A stretch of 64,000 nucleotides of DNA, from NCBI GenBank assembly GCA_965112155.1, contig OZ218105.1. One strand, 5' to 3'. The notes below the pieces were generated by a model. That model worked only from the letters and a program-made list of their open reading frames with translations, was not told where the DNA came from and made no database searches. This document shows, piece by piece, positions 48,765 through 62,625 of the stretch; position 1 is the first letter of the stretch; every line of letters starts with the position of its first letter. The stretch is from Podarcis liolepis. Its lineage: Eukaryota. Position numbers and translations under genes: made by a program.

Positions 48765-50320
48765 GTATATGTCTGAGTCCACATCCATGGCCACTACCTT
48801 AGTGACCAGGTAGGTAGCCTGGCTCTGAGGAGCGAGGGGCCAGCTCTATCCCTATGGAACCATCAGTGGGAGGGAAGGGGTACAGGATTTGGGGAGCACT
48901 GTCATTTTGGTCCAGGATGAAGAGAGTCACTGAGACCGTGGAGCTGAGTGGTGGAGAACCTCCATCCTTGGCTCTCCATGGAACTTAATCTCCTGGAAAT
49001 TTTCATAAATGAAAGAACATCAGGCATAAATAACCCCACACAGAATTAATAGAGTTATATAGACAAATTACTGGTCTCATTTTTAATAAGTTATTCTCGG
49101 TCTGGATACGTTGTTCTTCATGGACCTCACAACCCTGCCCCAGGACTGGATAGCTGAGATCCTGGCTGGCTCTCAGAATCTTCCTCATCTCTTGGGGGGG
49201 GGCACAGGCTGAGAGAAGAAGGTGAACCAGGCAGGAACATAAGAGTTGCCACAGTGCCTGGATAGCCGCTGCAGAGGCTACTCATGAGAAGCAATCAAAT
49301 GGAAACAAGTCCTGCCTGAGATCCTGGAAGGGATGGGTCCTCTAGCTCTTGTATAAGCTCCAAGTCTAAGTTCCTTCACTGCTGAAGCAACAGCTCCCAT
49401 CTCCTCTTCAGTCTGCCTGACGCACAGAAACAGCCACCACCTGACACCAAACTGTAATGATTGCTGATCGATTTCTTCAGTTTGAAAGGGAGACTGTCAG
49501 AACCAAACACAGGATTTCTCCATGGATTCTTTAATCCTGATTTTGCATGTTTAGGAGGGCTTCTGTTGTCATCTTGAGAGAGATTTCTTTGGGGGATATC
49601 TTCTTTGGCAGGACAATATGTGAGGATATAGCTAACTAAAGAGCATAGCCATACACAGGTAACAAGGATAACAAATCTTGGCAATCTCCATATTGAGCCT
49701 GGACTCACTGTATAATGGAGGCTTGTTTAAAGCCCAAGGCACTGTCATTGCATCAAGGTTTTTGAAGTACCAGACCTGTCATTGCATCAGGTTTCTGAAG
49801 TACCAGACCTTTCTGACTCTCCTCCTTAATATACTGTGAGGAGCGGATGGTGAGCAGCTTCCTCTTTGTGGTTAAGAATTCTTTCTACCACCAGTTCAAC
49901 ATATCTGGCACCTCCAGCTGCTATTTTCATGTCCAGGAAAAAATTATTCTTTTAGTTGATTTTGTAGTTCTAGAGAGAATTGGTTTCCAAATCAGTGTCT
50001 TGTGCCTTATAGATGGCAAATTGGAGTTCTCTTGCTTTATTCTCACCAACTTTTGTTTCTGGTTCTTCTGATGGGAACCTGGGCCCATTGTCATTAATAG
50101 CTATCATTTCAGTTTCCACTCCATAAATTTTCATTGACCCCTCCATATATAAATCACAAAATTCATGACACACTTCTCTACATGGCCACAAATTCCTCTC
50201 CATGTATTTGGTCTGTGGTGTGTAAATGACCAACTTCAGAGTAAAATACTGAGACCTATATTATGAAAACTATGTACACCTCTCTCTGAAAGATCTGTTA
50301 TATCCAGTCTCATCTCATTT
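48765..50320 (-). pseudogene. gammaA-like variable exon pseudogene
   Basis: Fragments [105 protein letters not shown]; stops, frameshifts, deletions and foreign sequence at ~49090-49440. Confidence 0.85.
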
Positions 50321-52830
50321 GTGCAGAAGAAGCATGCACTCTGCTACTGATGCCACAATTCTCCCTTTAATTACTGTTAGAGCTGACCATGATTTGGCCA
50401 CACCATTTTAAAGAACCCCAGAATATGAGGAACACACTTTTGAGTATGTGTAGACTGCCTGTTTTTTGTTGCTAAGTCACCGCAATAAACTTTCACGGGT
50501 CTGATGTTGGTGGAGTATAACAGGGCACAGGTAAAGTTGGGTTCCAAAATATTGGTTGGGGTAGTACACAAAGCGTTCTAAAATATGAACAGATTATTTC
50601 AAATAGATTTTACGCAAGTACAGCATTGAAAATGTCTCCTGATACTATCTTCTTCAGAGACTCCTATTTCTATGTGGAGGTTTGTGGCCCACATCAATAT
50701 ACTATTAATTAGCAAGAAGAGATCACTTCCCTATCTCTTGACAGCTAAAAAAATAGTAACTTTTTAAAAAGCAATGCTAATCAAGTAAAATTGCTACCTT
50801 ATTTAATGAAAGTGGATATAACAAACACGCTTCTCAGATTGTTATGAGCTCCTATTTGAATGGCAGTACTTCGTTACTTCATTCTGCTTAGCATAATTAC
50901 ATGTCAGGCAGTCCAATAGATTTTAGTGAAGCATACTTCCGAGTACATATGATCATGAGAGCAGTCAATGAAAATCAAAGTTATTACTAGGAAACAAACC
51001 TAAACAGAAACAATGATAAAGTAAATGATTCACAGTGAGCTCAGTGGTCTAGATAAAGGAAAATGAGTCATTTCAGCAAGAGATGTCCACCTCATTGCCT
51101 CTTTCTATGGTTGTTCACTGATTATTCCTTCATGTGTAGAATTCATGCACATCCCCCAATGTTTGTGCTGTCTCTGGCCCTGTCCAACATCTGCATATTC
51201 AGTGGAGCATTGGGAAGAAGAACCTACACGTTTACAGCCGTATGTGCATAGGTTTTAACCTGGCTTGGGTGTTATGACTGAACAAGGAATTGCAGTATTG
51301 TAAGGGTGCTTCATTATCAGGGTTCTCAATTGTGAGGAGGCTTCTAAGAGCTCAATGCAGTGGATGGAGTCAGCTGACTGCAGGGCTGGCAAACAGGACC
51401 CCAATGCGCCTTACTTGTGCTACGATGCTTTTCAGGTATAATAAAAAAATCTCTTTGTACTCAGTTTCTGTTGCATGGATTCAGCCTCTCCTGCACTGAA
51501 GCCATTATGCCACACCCTAGGCATCTCTTTTGTGTTACATCACACCTCCATGGCAGCCACTTTGTGTCAAGACATGCCCCTATAGCAGCCATTTGTGGCT
51601 GGTGCCCACAACACTCTCTCCAAATTCCAAATGTGCTTACTGGACAAAAAAGGCTAGCTACCCTGCTTTATATTCACTATGCAAGAAAGGCCATTATTTG
51701 ACTTGAGCATTATCAGTTTGGACATTGTCCTGTGCAACTGTCAGAAAAAGTGAATGCATTACATATCTATATCTGTATCTAATCATCTATATCATTTGTA
51801 TCTATATCTATATCTATATCATTCTGCCAATTCACCTTGGATGAATGGCAGATTTTAAAAAACCTATGTTTATTTTAAGATAGGTTTCCTTTCATTTGGA
51901 GCTCAAAGGTCAAACCCTGAGGAAGATAAGGAAAGAGGATTGAGGTGGTCTCCTCAGGTGAAGTACAAAATGCAACATGAAAAGAATCCCAGGCTCACTA
52001 GATTTTTACTCCATTCCCATAAAAGCTCACTGGAATTCCTCGAACATATTGGGTTGAAATGAAGTTACCTTTTCTTTTATCAAGGTTTTATTCCATATTC
52101 TGATTGTAAAACATGCCACAGGGAATGTGAACATGGATGGCTCTCTTGCTAAGGAGCATATTTCATAGTTCTTTTCCAGGTGCTGTGATCCCAGCACACA
52201 TATGATCCACACAATATCTGTTGTTGACACATGAACAGCCCAGACTATTCTCAATCACAGCCATGTGGTTGTGTGAACCAGCAATGTGTGAACCAGCAAT
52301 AAATGCAACCAAACAAAATGTCCATGATAAGGGAATGTCATAAAATGCTGACTTCTATATTTGTGTATTACTAGTTCACAACATGTAGTTATATTATCCA
52401 TGCTTCTGCTAGGATGGCATATGTGTGGGAGAATGCTATTCTATTAGATGCTATTAATTTTCGGGGATAGAAAACCATATGGATAGAATTAATCTACTCA
52501 ACAGACTGGTAAAAAACAAGGGAAATTATTCAATCTATAGCTACACTGATATAGCCAGATCACAACAAAGGCAGACAAATAAGATGCTCAGCTTAATTTA
52601 GGAATGACTCACTTGTAAGAGTGCCGTGAATCCAAGTACCAGTTGGATGTGCTAAGTAAGCATGTTCAGAATGCCTCAGCGGCACGCCATTCAGGCAGGT
52701 CTAAGTACTGGTTCTTCCCATATAAAGCATCAGGCAGTTGAGCAGATAATGATCTAAAAACAGTAGCTCATAGTACCTACAAGGAGCAAGCCTCTGCTGC
52801 CAACATCACAGATCCGAAAGCAAAGCTTAC

Positions 52831-55263
52831 CTGCTCACCAACCTCCTCTTTGGCACTGGCATCCCCACTGTTGCCATCCACAAGAACCACCTGAGAGCTA
52901 TCATTGCATAGCAAGTTTTCTGCCACCTGGATATGGGGTTTGGGGAAAGAGATCTGCTCTTTCCTCATCTCTGACGATAGGCAGAGTTGGTAGGAATAAG
53001 GTAAAGTTCCTTCTTCATAGTTTGGTGGAAATATGACCTGGGCCTTAGAAAAAGCATTAGGTTCAAAGCATTGGAATAATTTGGGATTTCCTGATTGTCG
53101 AAGTTTCATGACAATGACCAGTATCACCGTCAGGAGGAACATAAATGAGATCAATGCCAAAGCCAGCACCAAGTAAAACTGGAGGTCAGAATGATGTTCT
53201 GTGTCACTGGATTGCCTAGTCATTTCCGGAAGTGCCTCTTGGAAGTTCTCGGCAACCACAAGGTTGAGGACCACAGTAGCTGAGAGTGGAGCCTTCCCAT
53301 TGTCCTTCACCAAGATGACCAGCTTCTGTTTCACAGCATCTTTCTCCAGAAGGGCTCGTGACGTCCTGATCTCTCCGGTGTGGGTCCCAATGGCGAAAAG
53401 GGCCGGCTCTGTGGCCTGCAACACTTGGTAGGAGAGCCAGGCATTGTGCCCAGAGTCTGCGTCCACAGCCACCACTTTGGTCACCAGGTATCCTGGCTCT
53501 GCTGAGTGAGGAACCATCTCAAACAAGGCAGAGCCCTCAACACCCGGGAGAGGATACAGAACGCGAGGGCTGTTATCGTTCTGATCCAAAATGTACACCC
53601 ACACGGTGGCGTTGTTGCTGAGAGAGGGAGAGCCGCCATCTTGGGCCTTCACTTGGATCTGAAACTCCCGGAATTGCTCATAGTCAAAGGAGCGCTGTGC
53701 ATAGATAGTTCCCGTCTCAGAGTTGATGGAGACGTAAGAGGAGAGAGGCAGCTCCTCCATGTTGCTGTTGAGGATGGAGTAAGTGATACGTGAGTTGCGG
53801 TCCAGATCCGGGTCCGAGGCTTTGATGGAGAAAATGGAGGCACCTGAGGGATTGTTTTCAGGCACAAAGACACTGTAGGTTGATTTTTCAAAGGCAGGGG
53901 GGTTGTCATTGATATCTGAAATCTGCAGGGAGATGGTTTTGTTGGAGGAGAGAGGGGGGCTACCTTTGTCGGTGGCCGTGATTGTGATGTTGTATCCTGA
54001 GGCTTTTTCTCTGTCCAAAGGACTATCTGTGAGAATTTTGTAATAATTGTTAGATGAGGATAAGATTTTAAATGGTACATTACCTTGTAGATGGCATGTA
54101 ATTTTTCCATTTTCTTCAGAATCTTTATCCTTTACACTGATAACAGCAATTACTGTCCCAGGAACAGAATCTTCAGGAATTGGACTAGATAAGGAGGCCA
54201 GAATGATCTCTGGAGCATTGTCATTCTCATCTATAATCTTTATTTCAATTTTACAGTGAGCCACTAATCCTCCTCCATCTCTTGCTTCAACTGTCATAGT
54301 GTACTTCTCTGTTTCCTCAAAGTCAAGAGCTTTTTTAATTGTAATTGTACCACTTTGTGGTTCTAGTTCAAATATTTGGTGGGCTGTTTCTTGGATGTTA
54401 TTAAAAATATAACTAATATGTGCATTTAGACCTTCATCCCTATCAGAGGCTTTTACTTGGAGTATGGGGGACCCCACAGGGGAATTTTCCCTCACGGTGA
54501 TCTCATAGACCTCTTGATTGAAGACTGGTGGGTTGTCATTGGCATCTGTGACATTAATCGATAACTGGGCTGTCCCAGTTTTTCTGGGCTCACCCCCATC
54601 CAGGGCCGTAAGGATCAACTGAAGGGAGTGATCATTTTCCCGATCCAAAGGTTTTTGCAGCACCAATTCCGCATATTTATGTCCATCCACACTATCCTGA
54701 ACCTCCAATGTGAAAAACTGATTTGGGCTTAACTGGTAGTCTTGAAGAGAATTCTTCCCAATATCAGGATCTTCAGCTTTCCCAAGGAGAAATCTGGCAC
54801 CTGGCAATGTGGATTCAATTATTTCAAGCCTTATATTGTCATTCAGGAAATGTGGTATATTGTCATTAATGTCCTGAATCGCTACACTTACATGGAAAAC
54901 ATTTAATGGATTTTCAACTAAGGCTTCAAAATTAATGAAGCACTGTGTGCTCTCTCTGCACATTCCCTCACGATCTATCCTCTCATTCACATACACATTT
55001 CCATTTTCTGCATTGATACTGAAATATGGTTTTTTACCTTCAGAAATGATATGCAGGTTTCTATTCCTCAGTTCTCTGGTATTCAGTCCCAGATCCTTGG
55101 CAAGATTTCCCACAAAAGATCCCTTTGCCATCTCCTCAGGGATGGAATAGTGAACTGACTCTGAGATCTCCCAGCAGAGGAAAAACAATAATAGTAGAAG
55201 CAAAGTGTGGCTTCTGAATGCCCTGAAGCTTTCTCTAGGAATAACTTCCATCCTCATCTCCAT
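52831..55263 (-). CDS. gammaB-like protocadherin variable exon
   Basis: Intact ORF; [14 protein letters not shown] and [16 protein letters not shown] are gammaB-type; donor GAGCAG|gtaagc at 52831, phase 0. Confidence 0.93.
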
Positions 55264-55480
55264 TCTTCTGCTAATGAGCAGGTGAGCTAATATATATTTT
55301 TGTCCAAAATACAGGTATTCAGAAGAATAAGTTGATTCCTTTGATTTCCCTCTCAGTTTGCTTGTATCACATTTGTTTCCTCATCTCAGTAACAGCAGGC
55401 AGGTCTTTGTAGTCTGTTCTTTCTGCAGCTGGTAAGTAGCAATCTGACAGCGGATCCCTAATAGCTCTTTGATTCCCAAA

Positions 55481-55523
55481 TTGGCCAACAGCGGCACTGT
55501 GAGTTCCAACTGAAGAACTGCAA
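55481..55523 (-). promoter_or_regulatory. CSE / CTCF site
   Basis: Sense strand TGCAG...cacagtGCCGCTGTTGGCCAA, about 220 bp upstream of the ATG; same spacing as the 47582 site. Confidence 0.85.
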
Positions 55524-55976
55524 GTGAATCAGCTCCAAGAATAAACCGGAAGAACTGAAATATATGCTTTCCCTCTCCATAAAAAAACACATTTTAATAC
55601 TTTGAAAGCAACATTTAGTGACTAAAAGCAATTGTGTTACAGTACTAAGTTCTTGACCATATTGATGGATGTGTACAACCCCTTCAGACTTTTAATGTTT
55701 TCAACAAAATATCCCTCACAGGCCATTTGCAAGAAAATCACTTTATATACATAAAATATTATATTTTAATTAGATGAAAGTTCTGGATTTCATCCCTTAT
55801 ATTCCCTTCTTTTTTGAAATAACAATTGTTTTTTTTAAAAAAATCCACACTTTTAACATTCCTTATTTTTTTAAAAAAAGTATTTGTAAAAAAGTATTTT
55901 TTTAAAAAACAGGAAAGGATCACTTTTTTGTAGATTCAGTCCAGTAAAGATGGTCTGTGTTCATGGGATTCTTGTA

Positions 55977-56218
55977 CAGTGGTACCTCGGGTTACATATG
56001 CTTCAGGTTACATAGGCTTCAGGTTACAGACTCCGCTAATCCAGAAATAGTACCTCGGGTTGAGAACTTTGCTTCAGGATGAGAACAGAAATCGTGCTCT
56101 GTCGGTGCGGCAGCAGCAGGAGGCCCCATTAGCTAAAGTGGTGCTTCAGGTTAAGAAGAGTTTCAGGTTAAGAACGGACCTCCGGAACAAATTAAGTACT
56201 TAACCCGAGGTACCACTG
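55977..56218 (+). mobile_element. Tigger/pogo-like MITE, copy 2
   Basis: TA-cagtggtacctcgggtta...taacccgaggtaccactg-TA. Confidence 0.85.
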
Positions 56219-56439
56219 TACCTGAAATGTTTGATGCCAATGGACAGTTTTCTGAAACTCTTCCCTCAATACCAGTAGATTTTTTTTACTTTGGCTACTC
56301 ACAACAATGTTTCAGTACATTTTCCAAATAAAGGAGGAAATGTGCCGCTAACAATTAGGCATGTAGATGCATATGCAGAGGATACAACAGCTTGCCAATA
56401 GGGCAAAGTTGAAAACATTTATACTACATCTATCACCAA

Positions 56440-56635
56440 TGTATTGATCCCCACAAACTGTGAGATGGGAGCACCACTGAAATTCACACTCCCCGACTCA
56501 ACCAGCTGAGAATTTCTCCATTTGTGCAACCTGATGGCCAGTAACACAAGGAGGAAGATGAGGAACAAGCAGGAGACAAAAGCCACTGCAAGGACCAGGT
56601 AGAAGGTGAGGTTAGATGGAGGAGCAGATGATGGA
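56440..56635 (-). pseudogene. Isolated gammaA-like transmembrane and juxtamembrane fragment
   Basis: Reads SSAPPSNLTFYLVLAVAFVSCLFLIFLLVLLAIRLHKWRNSQLVESGSVNFSGAPISQFVGIN, matching the gammaA pattern LTLYLVVAVAAVSC..RLRRW...SHFVGVD; ectodomain absent. Confidence 0.85.
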
Positions 56636-57496
56636 ACTGTCTGTGCTAACTTAGAGAAACAAAGATAGAGAGAGGAAACAAAGTCAAATTTCAGAACTAT
56701 GTTAGAAAAAAAGAAGGTTCAGCACCAGAAGAGAGCTTTATGGTGAACATTTCCAGTTGTAGGAGCAATTCAGACATTGTATAGAACATTGTGCCGTATC
56801 ATTCTTTGGATATTTTCATGAAAAAAGTTATAAAACAATCTATTAAGGAGTCTTTAAGTCTGGGGTACATTGTCTTAGATTAGTTTGCTTTCTCTTTCTC
56901 TTTCCTACAATATGATATTTTGATTCAGTGGGGGAACACTGGTAGGAGCAACACAGAAAGTAGAGTGGCCCAGATACATTGCATGGAATTCATTCTCTTG
57001 CTGATCAGGAGGGGTGGAAATGTGAGAGGAAAGAGCACCTTCTCAGGCCACAATACTCCCTTATATACACATCTCCTAAAAACACAGAAACCTATGCTTG
57101 CACCATATAACCTGCTGCTTCTGGTTAGTTAATCAGTTAATCCTACTTCTTTACTCATAAGCACTGATAAATTAAGATCCTCACTACAAGTAACACACAG
57201 AAGGAATGTATAAGAGAGCATTTTTAGATTACAACTCTGAAAGTGTGTTTAGGGGCAACATGTTTATGTTAAGTGCTCTTAAGTATCTGCTATGAGAGAA
57301 TGGCCAGGATTGGGATGAGATGGTGGTTTCATTGGTATGATGTTGCCTCTGATTCCTGGAATAGGATGGGTGTAGTAATCATGTGATCTGATATTTTGCT
57401 GCCATAAAAATGCTAAGTTTTGTCATAGTGCATTCAGGTTGTATGCAAAAATTACTACAGTAAGTCTGGAACGCATCTGGAGAACAATTGCAAATC

Positions 57497-58356
57497 AAGC
57501 TAGATGACTTTCAGGCAAAATTTTTACGATCTCTGCTGCAGGTACCTAACTGCGTCCCCAACTCCGTACTTCTGTTAGAAGCTGGTGAATGCCCAATTTC
57601 AACTAAAGCATGGTGGGCTGCCCTAAAACATTGGCTCAGGATTTCAGTGCTTAATCTAGGGAATGGTTTGTACCAACACCTGACCAATGAGGAATTTGTC
57701 AGCAAATGGCAGAAAACCATGGCTAAAAAAGCCACCTCTATTGGTCTGTCCCCCCCCCCAACTGTATTACCTGCGTTATGAAGGTGCCCAAAAGATTTTA
57801 AAGCAAAGATTATAGGACAATGCACACAGTGACTTGCACAGTGACTTACACACACAGTCTGTAGTCCACTGGCAGTAGGAGTTCAATATGGGTATGTCTT
57901 TAAGTTAACATCTTACATCAAAAACCTGACAGTACCTAACTACCGAAGGCTTTTCACCAAAGCCAGACTAAATGTCTTTCCCTCTGCAGTGTTGGATGGT
58001 AGGTTGAGAGGAGTTCCCTACCAGGACAGACTTTGCTCGTGTGCTCAAGACATCGATTCCATAAATCATATTTTGTTGCATTGCGCAAAATATGAGCAGG
58101 CCAGGGCTGAACTGATACTACCCTTGCTGGTACCTTTCCCGGGAAAATCAGAGGCTCACTATGTCAGGTTCCTACTGGAAGACCGGACAAATGCTAGAAC
58201 ATTAGCAGTGGCAAAGTTTTTATCGGTGGTTGCAAGAACAAACGAGCCCTATATTCTAAACAAAATGCTTGATTAACCTGGAGGTAGGCTGTATGAATTG
58301 TGTATTGATTTGTAATGATTTGTTGGGTCTCTGGACCGTAATAAAGATTGATGATG
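57497..58356 (+). mobile_element. 5'-truncated non-LTR retrotransposon (RTE-X-like; clade tentative)
   Basis: ORF remnants FQAKFLRSLLQVPNCVPN and RLCSC...HILLHC..Y (zinc-knuckle-like); tail aataaagattgatgatg; 13-bp duplication acaattgcaaatc at 57484-57496 and 58357-58369. Confidence 0.8.
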
Positions 58357-58497
58357 ACAATTGCAAATCCAACCAAATGACAGGTTTGAGCAGGGTTTTA
58401 AAGACAGGCTTTAAAAGGAAACAGTTGTAGATGGTCTACACAGAAACCTAGGAGGATGCAACAAAGAAATAAAAGAAATAAAATTGAATCCATGTCA

Positions 58498-58650
58498 TAG
58501 GGTTGCCATATGTCCTCTTTTGCCAGGACATGTCCTCTTTTTCATGGGTATGTAAAATGAGAGTCATCATTTTACATACATTAAAACATTAGTTAAAAGT
58601 AGAGGTTAGTAAATGTGTCCTCTTTTTTCTATTCAAAATATGGCAACCCA
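58498..58650. mobile_element. hAT-like MITE
   Basis: TIRs tagggttgccatat / atatggcaaccca with repeated internal tgtcctctttt. Confidence 0.65.
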
Positions 58651-59932
58651 GGAAGATAAAAAAATGATAAGAGGACCACAAGAAACAAATGAATGGAACA
58701 GAGATGGATCAGGTGGACTGAGTATTTCAAGGAGAAGAATAGTTGACAAAGTGCAAATAGAAGAATGGCAATAGAATGAAAAATTGTAAAACAAAATTAT
58801 AATTTAATGGCAGCATGCCATAAATAGAACTTCCGGTATAGATGAGATGTGTCAGAAAATGGAATCACAATGTGTAGTTTTTGTTCTCACTCTTACATTT
58901 AGCCTTATTTTGATTTACAGTATTTATAGCACACTCTTCATTGAATATTTCCAGTCCCAATGACTTGAGTCCACTAAAGTTTGTACCATAACAAATATGT
59001 TTGGGTTGCATCCAATGCTCATGTTTCTTCTCCTCTCCCCTCCCCAGTTGTCCTAATAAACAGTATTTAAGAGATCAGCTTGGCCCTACAACACGGAAAA
59101 ATGGCAAAGCCCAACCCCTACCACAAATGAGGAAGCAACTGCAAATGAAGAAAGAAATTGCCAGTTTGCATCTAAAGCAGCATGCTGGCCATTACTTTTG
59201 ATGGGAATCCCATAAAAACTTCCCCTATACTTTTCCAGCCCCCAGAGCTCCAGTTTACAACTAGAAGCTCTATAGAGCTTAGATAATTTGAAGGCTGGTG
59301 ATGGGAGAAGAGAGGGGGCAGGAGAAGGCAAAGCCACATATAAAAAGATGGCCAGCACATTGCCATTTGTGTGCACCTGAGGGTATGGCAGGAAAGAGGA
59401 GTGGAAGCAAGCAAGAAGCTTGCAGACAGATGCATCCTAAATATAATTATTCTTAAATCGTTCAGCACTTCTGCACACTACTTCTGGAAACCTCAATAAA
59501 GCTACTCCTTACGGACATCATTACTTTGAAAGTCCAAGACACTGAGACTGCAGTCTTATACATGTTCACTTCACCTGGAGTTCCTTTTGAGTAGACATGC
59601 ATGGGATCCTACTGTAAACTTCCAACGTCATAAATACCACAGAACTGGTTTAGTAGTCCAACTGAGTAAAGCAAAGCTACTTGGATCCAATGCTTAGATA
59701 TTTCTGCCTTGACACTGTAAACCTTACTCTTTTATCGTGCATAAATCAGTAGACGGTTCATGAGGGGCCCAATAAATAAGCCTGAGCTACTGCTTTCCAG
59801 ATTTAAATAACTCATTTTTCAGTAAACATATATGTCAGAGAAAATGAATTCTCCTCCATATAATGTTTCAGTGTCAGTTATGGTAAAAGATCATGCAGCG
59901 TGCAAAGAAAAATATTCTGGAATAAACCCTAC

Positions 59933-62353
59933 CTTATCATCACTTGCCATCTCAGAAATTAAATTGTTTCCTCCGTTGCCTGTAAAAGGCACAGCAGGTT
60001 TTTCACTGCCAATAATATTGTCTACCATCTGAACACTGGGTGTCAGGAAGGTAAACTCGTTCTTCCTGGACTCAGAAGACAGACACAGCTGGTAGGAATA
60101 GGGCAAAGTCCCATCTTCAAAGTTGGGTGGGAAGATGGCACCATTCTTGGAATGGGGAACAGGACCAAAGCAGTGTAGGAACCTGGGATGCCCTGACTGA
60201 CGGAGCTTCATTGTAACGGCCAGAATGACAGTCAAGAGGAACAAGAAGGAGATCACAGCTAAGGCCAGGACCAAGTAGAACTGCAGGTCAGACTGATAAT
60301 CCAAGCTGCTGGGTTGGCTCTTCATTTCCGGAAGGGCCTCCTGAAAGTTCTCAGCAAACACCAGGTTCAGAGTCATGGTGGCCGAGAGAGACGGCTGCCC
60401 GTTATCCTTCACCATAATGACCAGTCTCTGTTTCACAGCGTCTCTCTCCACAAAGGCCCTGGCGGTCCTGATCTCTCCAGTATGAGAACCAACCGTGAAG
60501 AGTGCCGGCTCAGTGGCCTGAGTCAGGTGGTAGGAGAGCCAGGCGTTGTGTCCAGAATCTGCATCCACGGCCACCACCTTGGTGACAAGATAATCCGCCT
60601 CGGCCGAACGAGGCACCATCTCAAACAAGGCTGAGCCCTTGGCTTCTTGTGAGGGGGACAGGATATGAGGGCTGTTATCATTCCTGTCAAGAACAAAAAC
60701 TCTGACGGTCACATTGCTGCTGAGAGGCGGAGAACCCCCATCTTGGGCCTTCACTTGCAGCCGGAACTCTCTGAATTGTTCATAGTCAAAGGATCTCTGG
60801 GCATAGATGGTGCCGGTCTCTGAATTAATGGAGATATAGGAGGAGATGGGAAGCTCCTCAATGTTGCTGTTGAGGATGGAGTAAGTGATCCGTGAGTTCT
60901 GGTCCACATCGGGATCAGAGGCTTTGATGGTGAAAATGGAGGCACCTGAAGGATTGTTTTCTGGCACATAGATGTTGTAGGATGGTTTCTGAAAAGTAGG
61001 GGCATTATCATTGATATCTGAGATTTGTAGTGAGATTGTTTTGTGTGTGGAAAGAGGTGGAGTTCCTTTATCAGTGGCTGTGATTGTAATATTGTATGCA
61101 GGAGCTATTTCTCTGTCCAAAGGACTGTCTGTCTGGAGCTTGAAGTAATTGTTAGATGAGGGCAGAACTTTGAAGGGTAAATCATTGTTTAAGTAGCAAG
61201 TAACCTTTCCATTATCACCACTATCTTTGTCATTCACATTAATCAGAGCAATAACAGTTCCTGGCAGAGAATCTTCAGGAACTGGGCTGAACATGGAGGC
61301 TAATGTCACTTCTGGGGCATTATCATTCTCATCAAGTACAGTTATTTCAATATTGCAATGTGTCAACAATCCACCACCATCTTTTGCTGTAACCATCATT
61401 GTATATTTTTCAGTTTCCTCAAAGTCCAATGGATCTATAAGAGTGATTGTACCGTTGATTGGATCCAGTCTGAATTTCAATTGGACATTTGCTGGTATAT
61501 TGCTGAAATGATACCTGATTTGGGCATTTGTACCTTCATCTTTATCTGAGGCTGCAACCTGAAGCACAGGAGATCCAAGGGGAGCATTTTCACTTAAACT
61601 GACCTTGTACACCTCTTGAGTGAAAACAGGTGGGTTGTCATTCACATCAGTAACATTAATCCGTATTTGGGCTGTTCCAGTTTTCCTAGGCTCACCCCCA
61701 TCCAAGGCTGTAAGGATTAAGTGAAGGGTCTGTTCATTTTCCCGATCCAGTGGTTTATTTAGCACTAATTCTGCATAACTATTTCCATCTTTTCTCTCTC
61801 TCACTTCCAAAGTGAAGTACTGATTGGAGCTCAGCTGGTAATCCTGGAGTGAGTTCATCCCAATGTCAGGATCTTCCGCCTTCCCAAGGAGAAACTGTGT
61901 ACCTAGCAAAGTGGATTCAAGGATCTCTAAACTGATATTGCTATTCAGGAACTGGGGCGCATTATCATTAACATCCTGGATTTCTACTGTTACATGGAAA
62001 ACATTCAGCGGGTTTTCCACCACAACTTCAAACTGAACAAAGCAAAGTGGATTTTTGCCACATATCCCCTCCCTATCAATCCTGTCATTTACATAGAGGT
62101 TTCCATTCTCTGCATTGATACTGAAATGCTGCATTTTAGCCACAGACACAGTGTGCAGATTGCGATGTTTTAGTTCTTTGGTGCTCAGTCCCAGGTCCTT
62201 GGCGAGGTTCCCCACAACGGAACCCTTTGCCATCTCCTCAGGGGTTGAATAATGAATCTGCTCTGATGCAGCCCAACAGGTAAAAGACAAGAGAGAGAGA
62301 AGCAGTACTTGCCTTGTGAGTGCCCTGCCATTCCCTGGGTGCCTTCTCTCCAT
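59933..62353 (-). CDS. gammaB-like protocadherin variable exon
   Basis: Intact ORF; [32 protein letters not shown]; donor GATAAG|gtaggg at 59933, phase 0. Confidence 0.93.
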
Positions 62354-62625
62354 CTGGCTGGTTCTCTCAAAAACAGGCTGCTTCCTTTTCTCAGTTTCCT
62401 ATGCTCAAGCTCTCACAGTGATGAAGGAAACAACATGAGGTATCACTGAAGAAGAATAAACTGCCCTTGTTCTTATATTTGTGCAAAGCAAAAGAGATTT
62501 TTCCTTCTCTGCAACAGTTCCCTGTCTCTGTGCTCTTCAGCTGGCCTGATCTGAACAACAGTGATGGGAGTTACTGCAGTCTAGGAAGCATCAATGGATG
62601 TCTATCCTCTCTCTGGCTGTCATAC

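Noticed and set aside
51945-51970. SPEET-like word suggesting an EC1 start
   Set aside because: Single short match with no colinear support.
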